DNA of 62,132 nucleotides, filler included. It is 5 parts of 5 records of this genome, joined end to end, with 100 filler letters (N's around TTAATTAATTAA, not from the genome) between each part and the next. Parts side by side here need not be neighbours in the genome. Positions count along the whole stretch, not along the records: positions 1 to 24,193 come from DRR723986_3521; 4 more parts are not named here. One strand, given 5' to 3'. Shown here in pieces: positions 11,547 to 21,254 of the stretch (position 1 is its first letter; each line of letters starts with the position of its first letter). Below the pieces are notes generated by a model that did not search any database, was not told where the DNA came from, and worked only from the letters and a program-made list of their open reading frames with translations. The translations under genes were made by a program, and so were the position numbers.

Positions 11547-13270
11547 GCATTACCTCCGGGCTTGCGCTCGGCGTTCGCGAGCTGTGTGTCCGGCGCGTCC
11601 GGCGGCACCTGCAGCAGACGCAGGGCGCCCTCAGCGACTCTCGAGAATACCGGTGCCGCCGCGGCTCCGCCGCCGTAGGCATCGCCTTGCGGCTGATCGA
11701 TCACCACCACGGTGACAAAACGCGGATCCGATACCGGGGCGACCCCGGCAAACAGGGCGACATACTGATCGTCGATATAACCCTGCGGCCCCACCTTGTG
11801 CACGGTGCCGGTCTTGCCGCCCACCAGGTAACCTTCGACACGGGCCTTGCGCGCGGTGCCATGCTCGCCAGTCACCGCATGCAGCACCTGCAGCACCTGG
11901 TCCGCGGTCTCCCGACTGATCACTCGCGTGCCTTCGACCGGCGACTGTTCGTCCACCGCAAGCAGCGACAGCGGCTGTTGCACACCCCCGTTGGCGAAGA
12001 CTGTATAGGCGTGGGCCAGCTGCAGGGGCGTGGCGGTAAGACCATAGCCGAAAGCCAGGGTCACTTTTTCAATCTCCCGCCAGCGCGGGCGAGTGGGCAG
12101 AATCCCGGCACTCTCACCGGGGAAACCCGTACCCACCGGGCGACCGATACCAAAGCGCTGGAATACTTCCCAGATCGGCTCGTGCCCCAGGTCCAGGGCC
12201 ATCTTGGTCACCCCAACCTGGCTGGACTTTTCGATCACCCGGGACACGGTAATCTCACCGTAGTTGCGCGGGTCCGGCAGCACCTTGCGCCCCACCCGGA
12301 TGCGGCCCGGCGAGGTATCGATCAGGGTCTCGGTGGTATAGCGCCCGCTCTCCAGCGCCGCCACCAGGGTGAGCGGCTTCATGGTTGAACCCGGCTCATA
12401 GACGTCGGTCATTGCCCGGTTGCGGGTCTGGGCGAATTCAAAGCCCTTGCGGCTGTTCGGGTTGTACACCGGGTGATTCACCATCGCCAGGATTTCGCCG
12501 GTGTGCGCGTCAAGGGTGACGATGCTGCCGGATGCCGCACCAGTCACTGCCATCGCGCGCTGCAGCTCGCGGTGCTGCAGATACTGCAGCCGCAGGTCAA
12601 TACTCAGCCTGAGGTCGCGCCCGGGGCGCGCGGGCTCAAGCACACCGATATCGCGCACGGCGTCGCCGTGCAGGTCCTTGATGTATTTCTTGCGCCCGGG
12701 AATGCCCCGCAGCCAGTCGTTGTAGGCCAGCTCCAGACCGGCGATGCCCTCGCCGTCGACATTGGTAAAGCCAACCAGCTGTGCCGCCACCTCACCCGAG
12801 GGATAAAAGCGCCGGTATTCGCGCTCACCGTAGACACCCGGGATACGCGCCGCCAGGATCTCACGCGCCTCCGCGGGTACCAGGTGACGCTCGAGGTACA
12901 TGAACTGCTTGCCCGCATAGCGCGCCAGCTTTTCCTCGAGATCAGTCAGCGGCATCGACAGCGCGCTGGCCAGCTCCGGCAGGCGTTCGGAACCGGCGAG
13001 CAATTTGGGATTGACCCAGATCGATATGACCGGGGTACTTACCGCCAGCGGCTCACCGCGGCGATCGGAGATAACCCCCCGGTACGCGGGGATTTCGGCG
13101 GTACGCAGCGAGCGCATGGCGCCCTGCTTCTGCAGGAACTCGTGACCGCGGTCAGTATCCAGCACCTGCAGCAGGAGAACACGACCAACCAGCAGGGCCA
13201 GCAGCGTGGCGAGCACCACCACGACGAGATAGAAGCGCCAGGCGGCGACCTGTGCCCGCGCCTTCTTCAT
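11543..13270 (-). CDS. ftsI: Penicillin-binding protein 3 (FtsI)
   Basis: N-terminal TM, EPGSTMK (SxxK) and KTG motifs; dcw position. Confidence 0.96.
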   Translation of the reverse strand: MKKARAQVAAWRFYLVVVVLATLLALLVGRVLLLQVLDTDRGHEFLQKQGAMRSLRTAEIPAYRGVISDRRGEPLAVSTPVISIWVNPKLLAGSERLPELASALSMPLTDLEEKLARYAGKQFMYLERHLVPAEAREILAARIPGVYGEREYRRFYPSGEVAAQLVGFTNVDGEGIAGLELAYNDWLRGIPGRKKYIKDLHGDAVRDIGVLEPARPGRDLRLSIDLRLQYLQHRELQRAMAVTGAASGSIVTLDAHTGEILAMVNHPVYNPNSRKGFEFAQTRNRAMTDVYEPGSTMKPLTLVAALESGRYTTETLIDTSPGRIRVGRKVLPDPRNYGEITVSRVIEKSSQVGVTKMALDLGHEPIWEVFQRFGIGRPVGTGFPGESAGILPTRPRWREIEKVTLAFGYGLTATPLQLAHAYTVFANGGVQQPLSLLAVDEQSPVEGTRVISRETADQVLQVLHAVTGEHGTARKARVEGYLVGGKTGTVHKVGPQGYIDDQYVALFAGVAPVSDPRFVTVVVIDQPQGDAYGGGAAAAPVFSRVAEGALRLLQVPPDAPDTQLANAERKPGGNA

Positions 13271-13602
13271 GGTGCGACCACCCGGTAGCGGTCGAGGCCA
13301 GGGGGCTGCATACCCAACTCCTTGCCCGCAACGGTTTCCACCCGGTGGTGCGACGCCCAGGTGCTCTGCTCCAGCAACAGGCGGCTGTAATCCTCCTGCA
13401 GGTGCCAGCGGGTGGCCTCCAGTCCCTGCAGTTCGGCATACAACTCGCGGCAGGCGTGGGATGAATGAATGACCCCGAAGGCCGAGGCGACGACCAGCAC
13501 CAGCATGCCGCCACCGAGCAGCCAGTCACGGGGCGACGCGGCGCGCGCCGGACTGCTCCGATCCACCGTGGTTGCCGCCGGGCGCTTTTTGCGGCCGCTC
13601 AT
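13267..13602 (-). CDS. ftsL: Cell division protein FtsL
   Basis: 111 aa from ATG 13602 (MSGRKKRP): one TM, coiled coil, [15 protein letters not shown]; lies between rsmH and ftsI. Confidence 0.92.
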   Translation of the reverse strand: MSGRKKRPAATTVDRSSPARAASPRDWLLGGGMLVLVVASAFGVIHSSHACRELYAELQGLEATRWHLQEDYSRLLLEQSTWASHHRVETVAGKELGMQPPGLDRYRVVAP

Positions 13603-14525
13603 GCGATCTTCTCCGCCACCCGCATGATGGCGCTGCGCGCCCGCGGATTGGCTGCCACTTCCGCCTCCGAGGCCCGAACCGCCCGGCCGATAACACGCAG
13701 CTGACGATCCAGGTCCTGCTCTCGCACCGGTACGCCCCGCGGAATCGGCTGTCCCCTGGCCATGTCCCGCATGTAACGCTTTACCATCCGATCTTCGAGG
13801 GAGTGGAAACTGATAACAACCAGGCGACCGCCGGTCTTTAACAGGTCTACTGCGCCGGCCAGCAGATCCTGCAGGTCCTCCAGTTCGCGATTGACCCTGA
13901 TGCGTATAGCCTGAAAAGCGCGGGTGGCCGGGTGCTTGTGTTTTTCCCAGCGCGGATTGGCCTCGCTTACTACTTTCGCCAGCCGGCCGGTCGTGACAAT
14001 CGGCTCCGCTTCCCGGGCTTCGACAATCGCCGCTGCGATGCGCCTGGCAAACCGCTCCTCGCCGTATTCTTTCAACACCGCGGCAATCTCGTCCGCGTCG
14101 GCGATGGCCAGCCACTCCGCGGCGGTAGAGCCTCGGGTGGTATCCATGCGCATATCCAGTGGGCCGTCATGCTGGAAGCTGAAGCCTCGTTCGGCCTCGT
14201 CCAGCTGCGGACTGGACACACCCAGGTCCAGGAGAATGCCATCAACTGCGTCGATCCCCATCCCACGCAGTTGATGGGGAAGCTGGGCGAATGAGCCATG
14301 AAAGAACTCCAGCCTCGGTTCGCCCTCTGCCAATTGTCGGGCCTGCTGCGCCGCGGCGGGATCCTTATCCACCGCCAGCAGATGCCCCTGTTCATTGAGT
14401 TGTTCAAGGATCAGCCGCGCGTGACCACCGCGACCAAAGGTGCCGTCAACGTAATAGCCGGCGGGTGTCGTTACCAGGGCGTCTACCGCCTCTCGTAACA
14501 GCACTGTCTGGTGCACGCCGCCCAC
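13599..14525 (-). CDS. rsmH: 16S rRNA C1402 N4-methyltransferase
   Basis: [28 protein letters not shown] and NPRARSA motifs. Confidence 0.98.
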   Translation of the reverse strand: MGGVHQTVLLREAVDALVTTPAGYYVDGTFGRGGHARLILEQLNEQGHLLAVDKDPAAAQQARQLAEGEPRLEFFHGSFAQLPHQLRGMGIDAVDGILLDLGVSSPQLDEAERGFSFQHDGPLDMRMDTTRGSTAAEWLAIADADEIAAVLKEYGEERFARRIAAAIVEAREAEPIVTTGRLAKVVSEANPRWEKHKHPATRAFQAIRIRVNRELEDLQDLLAGAVDLLKTGGRLVVISFHSLEDRMVKRYMRDMARGQPIPRGVPVREQDLDRQLRVIGRAVRASEAEVAANPRARSAIMRVAEKIA

Positions 14526-14981
14526 CTACAGGGTCAGGGTCAATAATTCGGCGGGCAGATTGGCATCCGCGCCGGAATCGAGCAGGGCCTGTTCGCGCTC
14601 TGCCAGCCACAGGTCTTCCGACCACAACTCCAGCTTGTTGCCCTGGCCCACCAGCACCAGTTTCTTGTCCAGTGCGGCGTATTCCCGCAGGGGCTGGGGC
14701 AGCAACATGCGTCCGTTGCCGTCCAGCTCGAGGTCGGTGGCATATCCCAGCGTGAGCCGCTGGAAGCGCTTGATCGCCGGATTCAGGGCGGGCAGGCCCT
14801 GGATCTCCTGCTCGATACGCTCCCACTCCGGCAGCGGGTAGATGACCAGGCAATTGGTCTGGGTATCGATGGTAACGACGATCCGGCCTTCACAGCGCGA
14901 CATCAAGGGCTCGCGCTGGCGCGCCGGCATAGCCATGCGCCCCTTCGCGTCCATATTGATGTGCTGTACCCCTCGGAACAC
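14526..14981 (-). CDS. mraZ: Transcriptional regulator MraZ
   Basis: MFRG..DAKGR and second DGNGR repeat; first gene of dcw cluster; start GTG 14981. Confidence 0.96.
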   Translation of the reverse strand: MFRGVQHINMDAKGRMAMPARQREPLMSRCEGRIVVTIDTQTNCLVIYPLPEWERIEQEIQGLPALNPAIKRFQRLTLGYATDLELDGNGRMLLPQPLREYAALDKKLVLVGQGNKLELWSEDLWLAEREQALLDSGADANLPAELLTLTL

Positions 14982-15013
14982 GCCAGACTTCCCCACTCAT
15001 TTGGCTCTTGAAT

Positions 15014-15057
15014 CCACAAAAAGCCAAATTTATCCACTTATATCCACTTTTCGACAC
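15014..15057 (-). promoter_or_regulatory. MraZ-binding direct repeats (GTGG boxes at 10-bp period)
   Basis: Minus strand shows GTGT, GTGG, GTGG, TTGG, GTGG at exact 10-bp spacing just downstream of and abutting the -10 box. Confidence 0.8.
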
Positions 15058-15085
15058 TATAGGTGTCCGCCGGAGAAAGTGTCAA
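15056..15085 (-). promoter_or_regulatory. Sigma70 promoter of the mraZ/dcw operon
   Basis: TTGACA (15085-15080), 18-nt spacer, TATAGT (15061-15056) on the minus strand. Confidence 0.8.
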
Positions 15086-15328
15086 GCGAGCAAATCGAAA
15101 AAAACGTTGTAATTTCAGTTAATTAGAGCAGATTTGTGAGGCCGGTCACAGCCGTTTAGCGACTATCGCAAAATTAAAACAACCACCAAAACAACCCGCT
15201 AAAATCCTTTCCTAAGGATCTACTTTAACTGTGGGTGCGATTTATTATTTAAAGACAATTTTTTTAGTAGAAATTCGTCTAAGCCCGGCGGAAAAACCAG
15301 CTCAATCGCGTGAGGAGGGGGTAGAGGT

Positions 15329-15360
15329 GCTGTGCCCCGGCGGTGAAACCGGGGCACAGC
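15329..15360. terminator. Perfect 12-bp hairpin just 3' of rnpB
   Basis: GCTGTGCCCCGG-N8-CCGGGGCACAGC; no U-tract, so it may be a processing or stability hairpin instead. Confidence 0.5.
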
Positions 15361-15365
15361 AAGAA

Positions 15366-15719
15366 GGAGTCGGTCGATAAGCCGGGTTCTGTCGCGGGCG
15401 ATCATTCATCTGCGACAGGCGTCACCGCCTGCCTGTAGCGACCTACCCGAATCCACTGCGGGCCACAGCAAACGGATTCCTATTTGGTCTTGCTCCGGGT
15501 GGGGTTTACCATCGCCACAGCTGTTACCAGCTGCGCGGTGCGCTCTTACCGCACCTTTTCACCCTTACCGCATCACGAGGTGACGCGGCGGTTTCCTTTC
15601 TGTTGCACTTTCCGTAGGCTCGCGCCCCCCAGGCGTTACCTGGCACCCTGCCCTATGGAGCCCGGACTTTCCTCCGTCGCACCGTAAAACGGCACGCCAG
15701 CGATCGCCTGACCAACTCC
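15366..15719 (-). ncRNA. rnpB: RNase P RNA, class A
   Basis: GAGGAAAGTCCGGGCTCC near the 5' end, ACAGAACCCGGCTTA near the 3' end, P1 pairing GGAGTTGGTC/GACCGACTCC; canonical position between rsmI and mraZ. Confidence 0.97.
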
Positions 15720-15764
15720 GCGACGGACTGTACCGACAGGACCCGGCGTGCGCAAGCGCTGGCG

Positions 15765-16601
15765 TCACTCGTCTTTCGCTGCCAGAAGATGGTCGTAGAG
15801 CGCGTTCTTGCGAACCCCGCTGTATTCGGCGAGCAGGGCCGCGGCGCGCTTACCCGGCATGTGCTCTGCCATACCGCGCAACAGGGTCAGCAGCGCGGGA
15901 TCGACGGCGGCCTGCTCCGGGTCACAGCCCCTGACCAGCAGGACCACCTCGCCCCGTCGCTGGTTATCATCGCCGCGAACAAAATCCAGGATCTCAGCCA
16001 GGGTGCCGCGCCGGATGGTTTCAAAGGCCTTGGTCAGCTCCCGGGCGAGCACCACTTCGCGCTCTGGCCCTAGACCCTGCAGCAGGGCTTCAAGGCAGGC
16101 CAGCAAGCGGTGCGGCGCCTCGTACAGCACCAGGGTGGCGGTGGTGGCGGCAAGCGCCTCGATCCGCCGCGCCCGCGCTATCTCTTTCGCGGGGAGGAAA
16201 CCCTCGAACAGAAAATGATCGGTGGGCAGCCCGGAGGCTGAAAGTGCAGCTACCGCGGCACAGGCTCCGGGGACCGGCACGACCGTAAAACCCGCGTCCT
16301 GCACCTCGCGCACCAGGCGGTAACCCGGATCGGAGATCAACGGCGTACCGGCATCGGACACCAGCGCTACCACCTCGCCCGCCGCCAGCCGCGCGAGAAT
16401 GCGCCGCGCGACCCCGTCGTCGCTGTGGTCGTGATAGGCCAGCAGGCGGGTGTCGATACCGAAATGCTGCAGCAGCCGCTGGCTGTGCCGGGTATCCTCG
16501 GCTGCCACGAGGTCAGCGCTGCGCAGAATCTCCAGCGCGCGCTGGCTGATATCGCCGAGGTTGCCGATCGGGGTGGCAACTATGTACAAGCCGGATTCCA
16601 C
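15765..16601 (-). CDS. rsmI: 16S rRNA C1402 2'-O-methyltransferase
   Basis: VATPIGNL, AEDTR, SDAGTPLISDPG and RELTK motifs. Confidence 0.97.
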   Translation of the reverse strand: MESGLYIVATPIGNLGDISQRALEILRSADLVAAEDTRHSQRLLQHFGIDTRLLAYHDHSDDGVARRILARLAAGEVVALVSDAGTPLISDPGYRLVREVQDAGFTVVPVPGACAAVAALSASGLPTDHFLFEGFLPAKEIARARRIEALAATTATLVLYEAPHRLLACLEALLQGLGPEREVVLARELTKAFETIRRGTLAEILDFVRGDDNQRRGEVVLLVRGCDPEQAAVDPALLTLLRGMAEHMPGKRAAALLAEYSGVRKNALYDHLLAAKDE

Positions 16602-16682
16602 TGGGCCCGCGTATCCTTATAATGGACGACTTCTGACAATCGGGCCGCCAGAGTGCCGCCCAGCTCAAACGCCAAGGATACC

Positions 16683-18500
16683 ATGACACGCACCAGCCTC
16701 CCGCGACAGCGGCACCCCCTGTCCCTGCCCACGCTTCTGCTGGCAGCGGTTCTTGCCGGGTGTGCCGCCCAGGAGCCCGTGGAGTCAACGGGTCCGGCTG
16801 AAACGCCGGTGACCCAGGTCCCGGTTCGCCCGGACGAACCGCTGCGACTGCCCGCATCCTCCTATGCCGAGCGCTTCCAGGCCGCGGAACGCGCCCTGGA
16901 TCGCTTCGACTGGATGGGCGCAGAGCAGCAGCTGGCCACACTGGCCGACCAGCCACTCACCGGCGAAGACCGCAGCTACCAGCGCTACCTGCTGGCCCGC
17001 AGCGCCTGGCTGCAGGGCGATCTGGACGCGGTCGACCGGCTGCTCACGGGGCTGCCCACACCCGGAACCTCGCCGGCGCTGGCGGCGAAACTGCTCAACT
17101 TCCAGCGCTACCGCCTGGCCCTGGCCGGGGACTACCTGGTGGCTGCCGACGTCGCCCGCCAGATGCTGGACTACCGGCCCCGGCTCGCAGGGGAAGCCGA
17201 GCTGCGTCGCGACATCTGGCTCAACCTGTCGCGCCTGCAGCCGGACGAGCTGCGCGCCGCCCGCGAAGCAGCCGTCGATCCCGACTGGCGGGCCTGGCTG
17301 GAACTGGCGCTGGCGGCGGCGGAGACCGGCGACCCGGACAGCCTGAGCCAATACCTGCAGGGCTGGTCAGAGCGTCATCCCGGGCACGCGGGCGCCAGCC
17401 CCCTGCCCGGCGGTTTGCAGCCCTGGCTGGACACAGCCGGCGAGCCAACCGTGGTAGCGCTGATGCTGCCTCTCGGTGGGCGACTGGCCCCTGCGGCGAA
17501 GGCGGTTCGCGATGGCTTCCTGGCGAGCTACTTCCGCGCGCGCAGTGCGGGCCGGGCCAATTACGAACTACTGGTAATCGACTCCGGTCTTTACGACTCC
17601 ACCGAGGCCGCCTACCGCAGCGCGGTGGCAGCCGGGGCGAGCATCGTCATCGGCCCACTGAGCAAGACCGCAGTGACCGAGCTCGGGCAGATGCCGGAGC
17701 GGCCGGTGCCCGTCATCGCGCTCAATCGCCCGGACGAGTTGCTGACCGGCAGCGGCAGCGCACTGGTGCAGGTCGCCCTGGCCCCGGAGGATGAGGCGCA
17801 GCGAGCTGCTGAGCTGGCCTTCGGTCGCGGCTTGCGCCGAGCCCTGATCGTTCGCCCCGCCGGCGACTGGGGTAATGATATCGCCGCTGCCCTGCAGGTC
17901 CGCTGGCAGCAGCTGGGCGGACAGATCGCAGCGACCGCCTCCTACACCGGCCAGGACACCCATTCCGGGGCACTCAAGACCGCGCTCAAGCTCGATGACA
18001 GCGAACAGCGGGCCCGGGAGGTACGCGACATGCTGGCCACCAATGTCGAGTTCACCGCCCGGCGCCGGGCCGATGTCGACGTGATCTTCCTGCTTGCCCG
18101 CTCGGGGCTCGAGGCCCGTTCTATCAAGCCGCTGCTGGCCTATCACTACGCCGGTGATCTGCCGGTATTCGCCACCTCGAGCGTATACAGCGGGATTCCC
18201 GACCAGCGCGACCGCGACCTGAACGGGATCCTGCTGGTAGATATTCCCTGGCTGCTGGGTTCCAACCCGGGCCTGCGGGTGGCGATCGCCGCCGGCAGCA
18301 CCGGCAGTGACAGCTACACCCGCCTCAATGCGCTGGGGGCGGATGCCTTCCTGCTGCTGTCGCGATTCGAACAGCTCGGGGCCGGCCCCGACGCCCTGCT
18401 GCGCGGCGATACCGGGCTACTCGGCCTGAACCCGGCGCTGCAGGTGATACGCGAGACCCGTCTGGCCACTTTTGATGAAGGCGTACTCAAACCGCTATGA
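16683..18500 (+). CDS. lpoA: Penicillin-binding protein activator lipoprotein LpoA (LppC family)
   Basis: Lipobox LAGC, ALMLPL.G, IGPLSK and RLNALGADA; divergent from rsmI. Confidence 0.88.
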   Translation: MTRTSLPRQRHPLSLPTLLLAAVLAGCAAQEPVESTGPAETPVTQVPVRPDEPLRLPASSYAERFQAAERALDRFDWMGAEQQLATLADQPLTGEDRSYQRYLLARSAWLQGDLDAVDRLLTGLPTPGTSPALAAKLLNFQRYRLALAGDYLVAADVARQMLDYRPRLAGEAELRRDIWLNLSRLQPDELRAAREAAVDPDWRAWLELALAAAETGDPDSLSQYLQGWSERHPGHAGASPLPGGLQPWLDTAGEPTVVALMLPLGGRLAPAAKAVRDGFLASYFRARSAGRANYELLVIDSGLYDSTEAAYRSAVAAGASIVIGPLSKTAVTELGQMPERPVPVIALNRPDELLTGSGSALVQVALAPEDEAQRAAELAFGRGLRRALIVRPAGDWGNDIAAALQVRWQQLGGQIAATASYTGQDTHSGALKTALKLDDSEQRAREVRDMLATNVEFTARRRADVDVIFLLARSGLEARSIKPLLAYHYAGDLPVFATSSVYSGIPDQRDRDLNGILLVDIPWLLGSNPGLRVAIAAGSTGSDSYTRLNALGADAFLLLSRFEQLGAGPDALLRGDTGLLGLNPALQVIRETRLATFDEGVLKPL

Positions 18501-18526
18501 GCTAGACTGGTGCCTTTGCCCGCACC

Positions 18527-18886
18527 ATGAAAAACCTTGGCGACCACTACGAGAACCTGGCCCTGGCAATGCTGTGCAATGCCGGAGTGCAGCCCCTGAC
18601 ACGCAACTACCGCTGCAAAGTCGGGGAAATCGACATCATCGCCCGGGACGGCGAGACCCTGGTCTTTGTCGAAGTGCGAGCCCGCAGTTCTTCGCGTTTT
18701 GCCGGTGCCGCGGCCTCGGTAGATCGACGCAAACAACAAAAGCTGCACCGGGCAGCCCTCCACTTCCTTCAACGCCACCCGGAACTGGCCAGCCTGGCCT
18801 GTCGATTTGACGTGATCGCCTTCGAGCCGCGACAATCCGCTGCGGCCACTGCAGCGCGCTGGATCAGGAGCGCGTTCACCGGCTGA
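18527..18886 (+). CDS. yraN: YraN (UPF0102) family endonuclease-like protein
   Basis: RNY.C..GEIDII..LVFVEVR and CRFDV motifs; synteny. Confidence 0.92.
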   Translation: MKNLGDHYENLALAMLCNAGVQPLTRNYRCKVGEIDIIARDGETLVFVEVRARSSSRFAGAAASVDRRKQQKLHRAALHFLQRHPELASLACRFDVIAFEPRQSAAATAARWIRSAFTG

Positions 18887-18909
18887 CCATTCACCAGGAC
18901 GCACGCCCC

Positions 18910-19506
18910 ATGAATCACTACCAGAGCATCGCCAGCCACTTCCAGGCGAGTATCGAGTCAGCGGCGATGGCAGTCGATGAGCTGGCCGCACCACTTGAGC
19001 AGGCTGCCGGCCTGATAACCCAGGCCCTGCTGGGCGATGGCAAGGTGATCACCTGCGGTATCGGGGCCGACGCCGCCCTGGCCCAGCTGTTCGTCAGCCA
19101 TATGAGCTGCCCGCCCGAGCGCGAACGCCCGGCCCTGCCGGCGATCAACCTGGCCAGCGATGGCGCGGCCCTCAGCCACCTGGCCGTGGACGGCCAGGGC
19201 ATCTTCGAACGGGAGATTCGCGCGCTCGGCCAGGCCGGTGACGTGCTGCTGCTGATCAACAGCAGCAGTGACGGCAACCCACTGCGCAGCGCCCTGCAAG
19301 CCGCCGCTGAACGGAACATGGCGGCGGTCATCCTGTCCAACAGCGATGACCAGGTGCTGGCGACTGCCGCCCGTGACGCGGATGTCCTGCTGCGCCCGGC
19401 GGCCAGCGCGCGCTGTCATACTCTCGAGCTACAGGCCTGTGCGCTGCACTGCCTGTGCCGACTCATTGAAAACAACCTGTTCGGCGACCAGGACGGAAAA
19501 CATTGA
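18910..19506 (+). CDS. SIS-domain GmhA/DiaA-family protein with degenerate motifs
   Basis: ERERPALPAINL and ALGQAGDVLL; occupies the yraO slot; CGNGGS and STSGNS motifs are not conserved. Confidence 0.8.
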   Translation: MNHYQSIASHFQASIESAAMAVDELAAPLEQAAGLITQALLGDGKVITCGIGADAALAQLFVSHMSCPPERERPALPAINLASDGAALSHLAVDGQGIFEREIRALGQAGDVLLLINSSSDGNPLRSALQAAAERNMAAVILSNSDDQVLATAARDADVLLRPAASARCHTLELQACALHCLCRLIENNLFGDQDGKH

Positions 19507-20072
19507 TGAACAAACTGCTGTACACCCTGCTCCTCATTCCGCTGCTGTCCGGCTGCGGCAGCTTTCTTGCCAGCGTTGAGTCAAATTCCATCAAGGAGGA
19601 TCCGGGCGAACGCACCCTGGCCCAACAACTGGAAGACGAGACCATCGAGACCAAGGCGGTCGTCAACATCCACGCCGCAGATGAGCGCTTTGACGGCGCG
19701 CACCTCACGGTGGTCAGCTACAACGGCTTTGTCCTGATCGCCGGCCAGGTCAGCAGCGAGGAGCTCAAGGCAAAGGCCACGGACGTGTTGCGGAAGATTC
19801 GCGATGTGCGCCGGATCTACAATGAGCTCGAGGTGGCAGCGCCCAGCTCCGCGATGACCCGGACCAGCGATACCTGGATTACCACCAAGGTGAAATCCTG
19901 GCTGCTGGGCAGTCCGGACACCCCCGGTATGCGGGTCAAGGTACTTACCGAGGACGGCGTGGTCTTCCTGATGGGGCTGGTCACAGCGGATGAGGCTGAC
20001 CGGGTAGCTGCAGTGGCGGCTGACATGTCCGGCGTGCAGCGGGTGGTGCGGCTGTTTGAATTGATCGACTGA
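19506..20072 (+). CDS. Dual BON-domain lipoprotein (DolP/YraP-like)
   Basis: Lipobox LSGC, two BON repeats (DTWITTKVK..GVVFLMG); synteny. Confidence 0.9.
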   Translation: MNKLLYTLLLIPLLSGCGSFLASVESNSIKEDPGERTLAQQLEDETIETKAVVNIHAADERFDGAHLTVVSYNGFVLIAGQVSSEELKAKATDVLRKIRDVRRIYNELEVAAPSSAMTRTSDTWITTKVKSWLLGSPDTPGMRVKVLTEDGVVFLMGLVTADEADRVAAVAADMSGVQRVVRLFELID

Positions 20073-20098
20073 ACGGCGGCCGGATCGAACGCCGGTTT

Positions 20099-20509
20099 TT
20101 ACTTGACGACTTTCAGGGAGGGACGGGATTCACCCCGACCCTTGCTGCCATTACCCGGGTCCAGCGGCGATGCGCCGGGCGGCTCGGGTCCATCGCCCCC
20201 TTCCTCCGGTTCGAACACCATTCCCTGGCCGTTCTCGCGGGCATAAATGCCCACCACGGCGGAAACCGGGACCTCAATGTCGGTGGCAACACCGCCAAAG
20301 CGTCCATTGAAGAACACCGTTTCATTGGAGATATGCAGGTCGATCACAGCGCCGGGGGAGATATTGAGCACGATCTGGCCGTCTTTCACGTACTGCCGCG
20401 GGACCTGTACTCCGGGCAACTCCGCGTCTACCAGCAGGTAGGGCGTGCACTCGTTATCCACGATCCACTCGTAGAGTGCACGCATGATATACGGACGGCT
20501 GGGCGTCAA
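20099..20509 (-). CDS. sspB: ClpXP adaptor SspB
   Basis: RPY..RALYEWIVDN, IYARENGQGM and C-terminal RPSLKVVK ClpX-binding tail. Confidence 0.96.
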   Translation of the reverse strand: MTPSRPYIMRALYEWIVDNECTPYLLVDAELPGVQVPRQYVKDGQIVLNISPGAVIDLHISNETVFFNGRFGGVATDIEVPVSAVVGIYARENGQGMVFEPEEGGDGPEPPGASPLDPGNGSKGRGESRPSLKVVK

Positions 20510-20541
20510 AGTCCTGGCTCTCGCCTCGCGGATCCTGCGCC

Positions 20542-21174
20542 CTAGAGGCGCATTTCCCGTTCCTGCTCGGACAGGCTTTCCTGGAATGACTCCCGGTTAA
20601 ACAGGGCATCCATATAGCCGAGCAGCGGCTTGGACTGCTTGCTGGAGCGGATATCCACGCCCAGCGACGGCAGGCGCCACAGGATGGGAGCGATACAGCA
20701 GTCGACCAGGGTGAACTCATCACTCATGAAAAAGGGCTTCTCGGTGAAAATAGGCGAGATCGCCATCAGGCCCTCGCGCAATTCCTTCTGGGCCCGGGAG
20801 ACCACGTTATCACTGCGTGAATGCAGGATCGAATCGACCAGGGTGCACCAGTCTTTCTCGATCCGGTGGATGTACAGTCGGCTCTCGGCGCGAGCCACCG
20901 GGTAGACAGGCAGCAGGGGCGGATGCGGAAAACGCTCGTCGAGGTATTCCATCATCACCTTTGACTCGTACAGCACCAGTTCCCGGTCAACCAGGGTAGG
21001 CAGCGAGTTGTAGGGGTTGAGCTCCGACAATTCCTCCGGCGGGTGGTTGGCATCGGCCTCGATAAGATCGACGGTGACGCCTTTTTCCGCCAGCACGATG
21101 CGGACACGGTGACTGTAATGACTGGTGCTGTCGGAGAAAAAAGTCATCGAAGACCGCTTTGTCACTACGCCCAT
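20542..21174 (-). CDS. sspA: Stringent starvation protein A
   Basis: [12 protein letters not shown] and [12 protein letters not shown] motifs; start ATG 21174. Confidence 0.96.
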   Translation of the reverse strand: MGVVTKRSSMTFFSDSTSHYSHRVRIVLAEKGVTVDLIEADANHPPEELSELNPYNSLPTLVDRELVLYESKVMMEYLDERFPHPPLLPVYPVARAESRLYIHRIEKDWCTLVDSILHSRSDNVVSRAQKELREGLMAISPIFTEKPFFMSDEFTLVDCCIAPILWRLPSLGVDIRSSKQSKPLLGYMDALFNRESFQESLSEQEREMRL

Positions 21175-21254
21175 GGGGACATCCTCAAGATTACTATTCC
21201 AGTATTGCAAAGAGCGGCGCGAGTTCCCCGCGCCGCTGACAGGGGCCGTGGCAA

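Noticed and set aside
373-13288. Long plus-strand ORFs (e.g. 6084-7619, 8599-10143, 11483-12388) opposite the dcw genes
   Set aside because: Antisense shadow ORFs typical of high-GC coding DNA; no motifs or RBS
15484-15768. Short ORFs in the rsmI-mraZ gap
   Set aside because: They overlap the RNase P RNA gene
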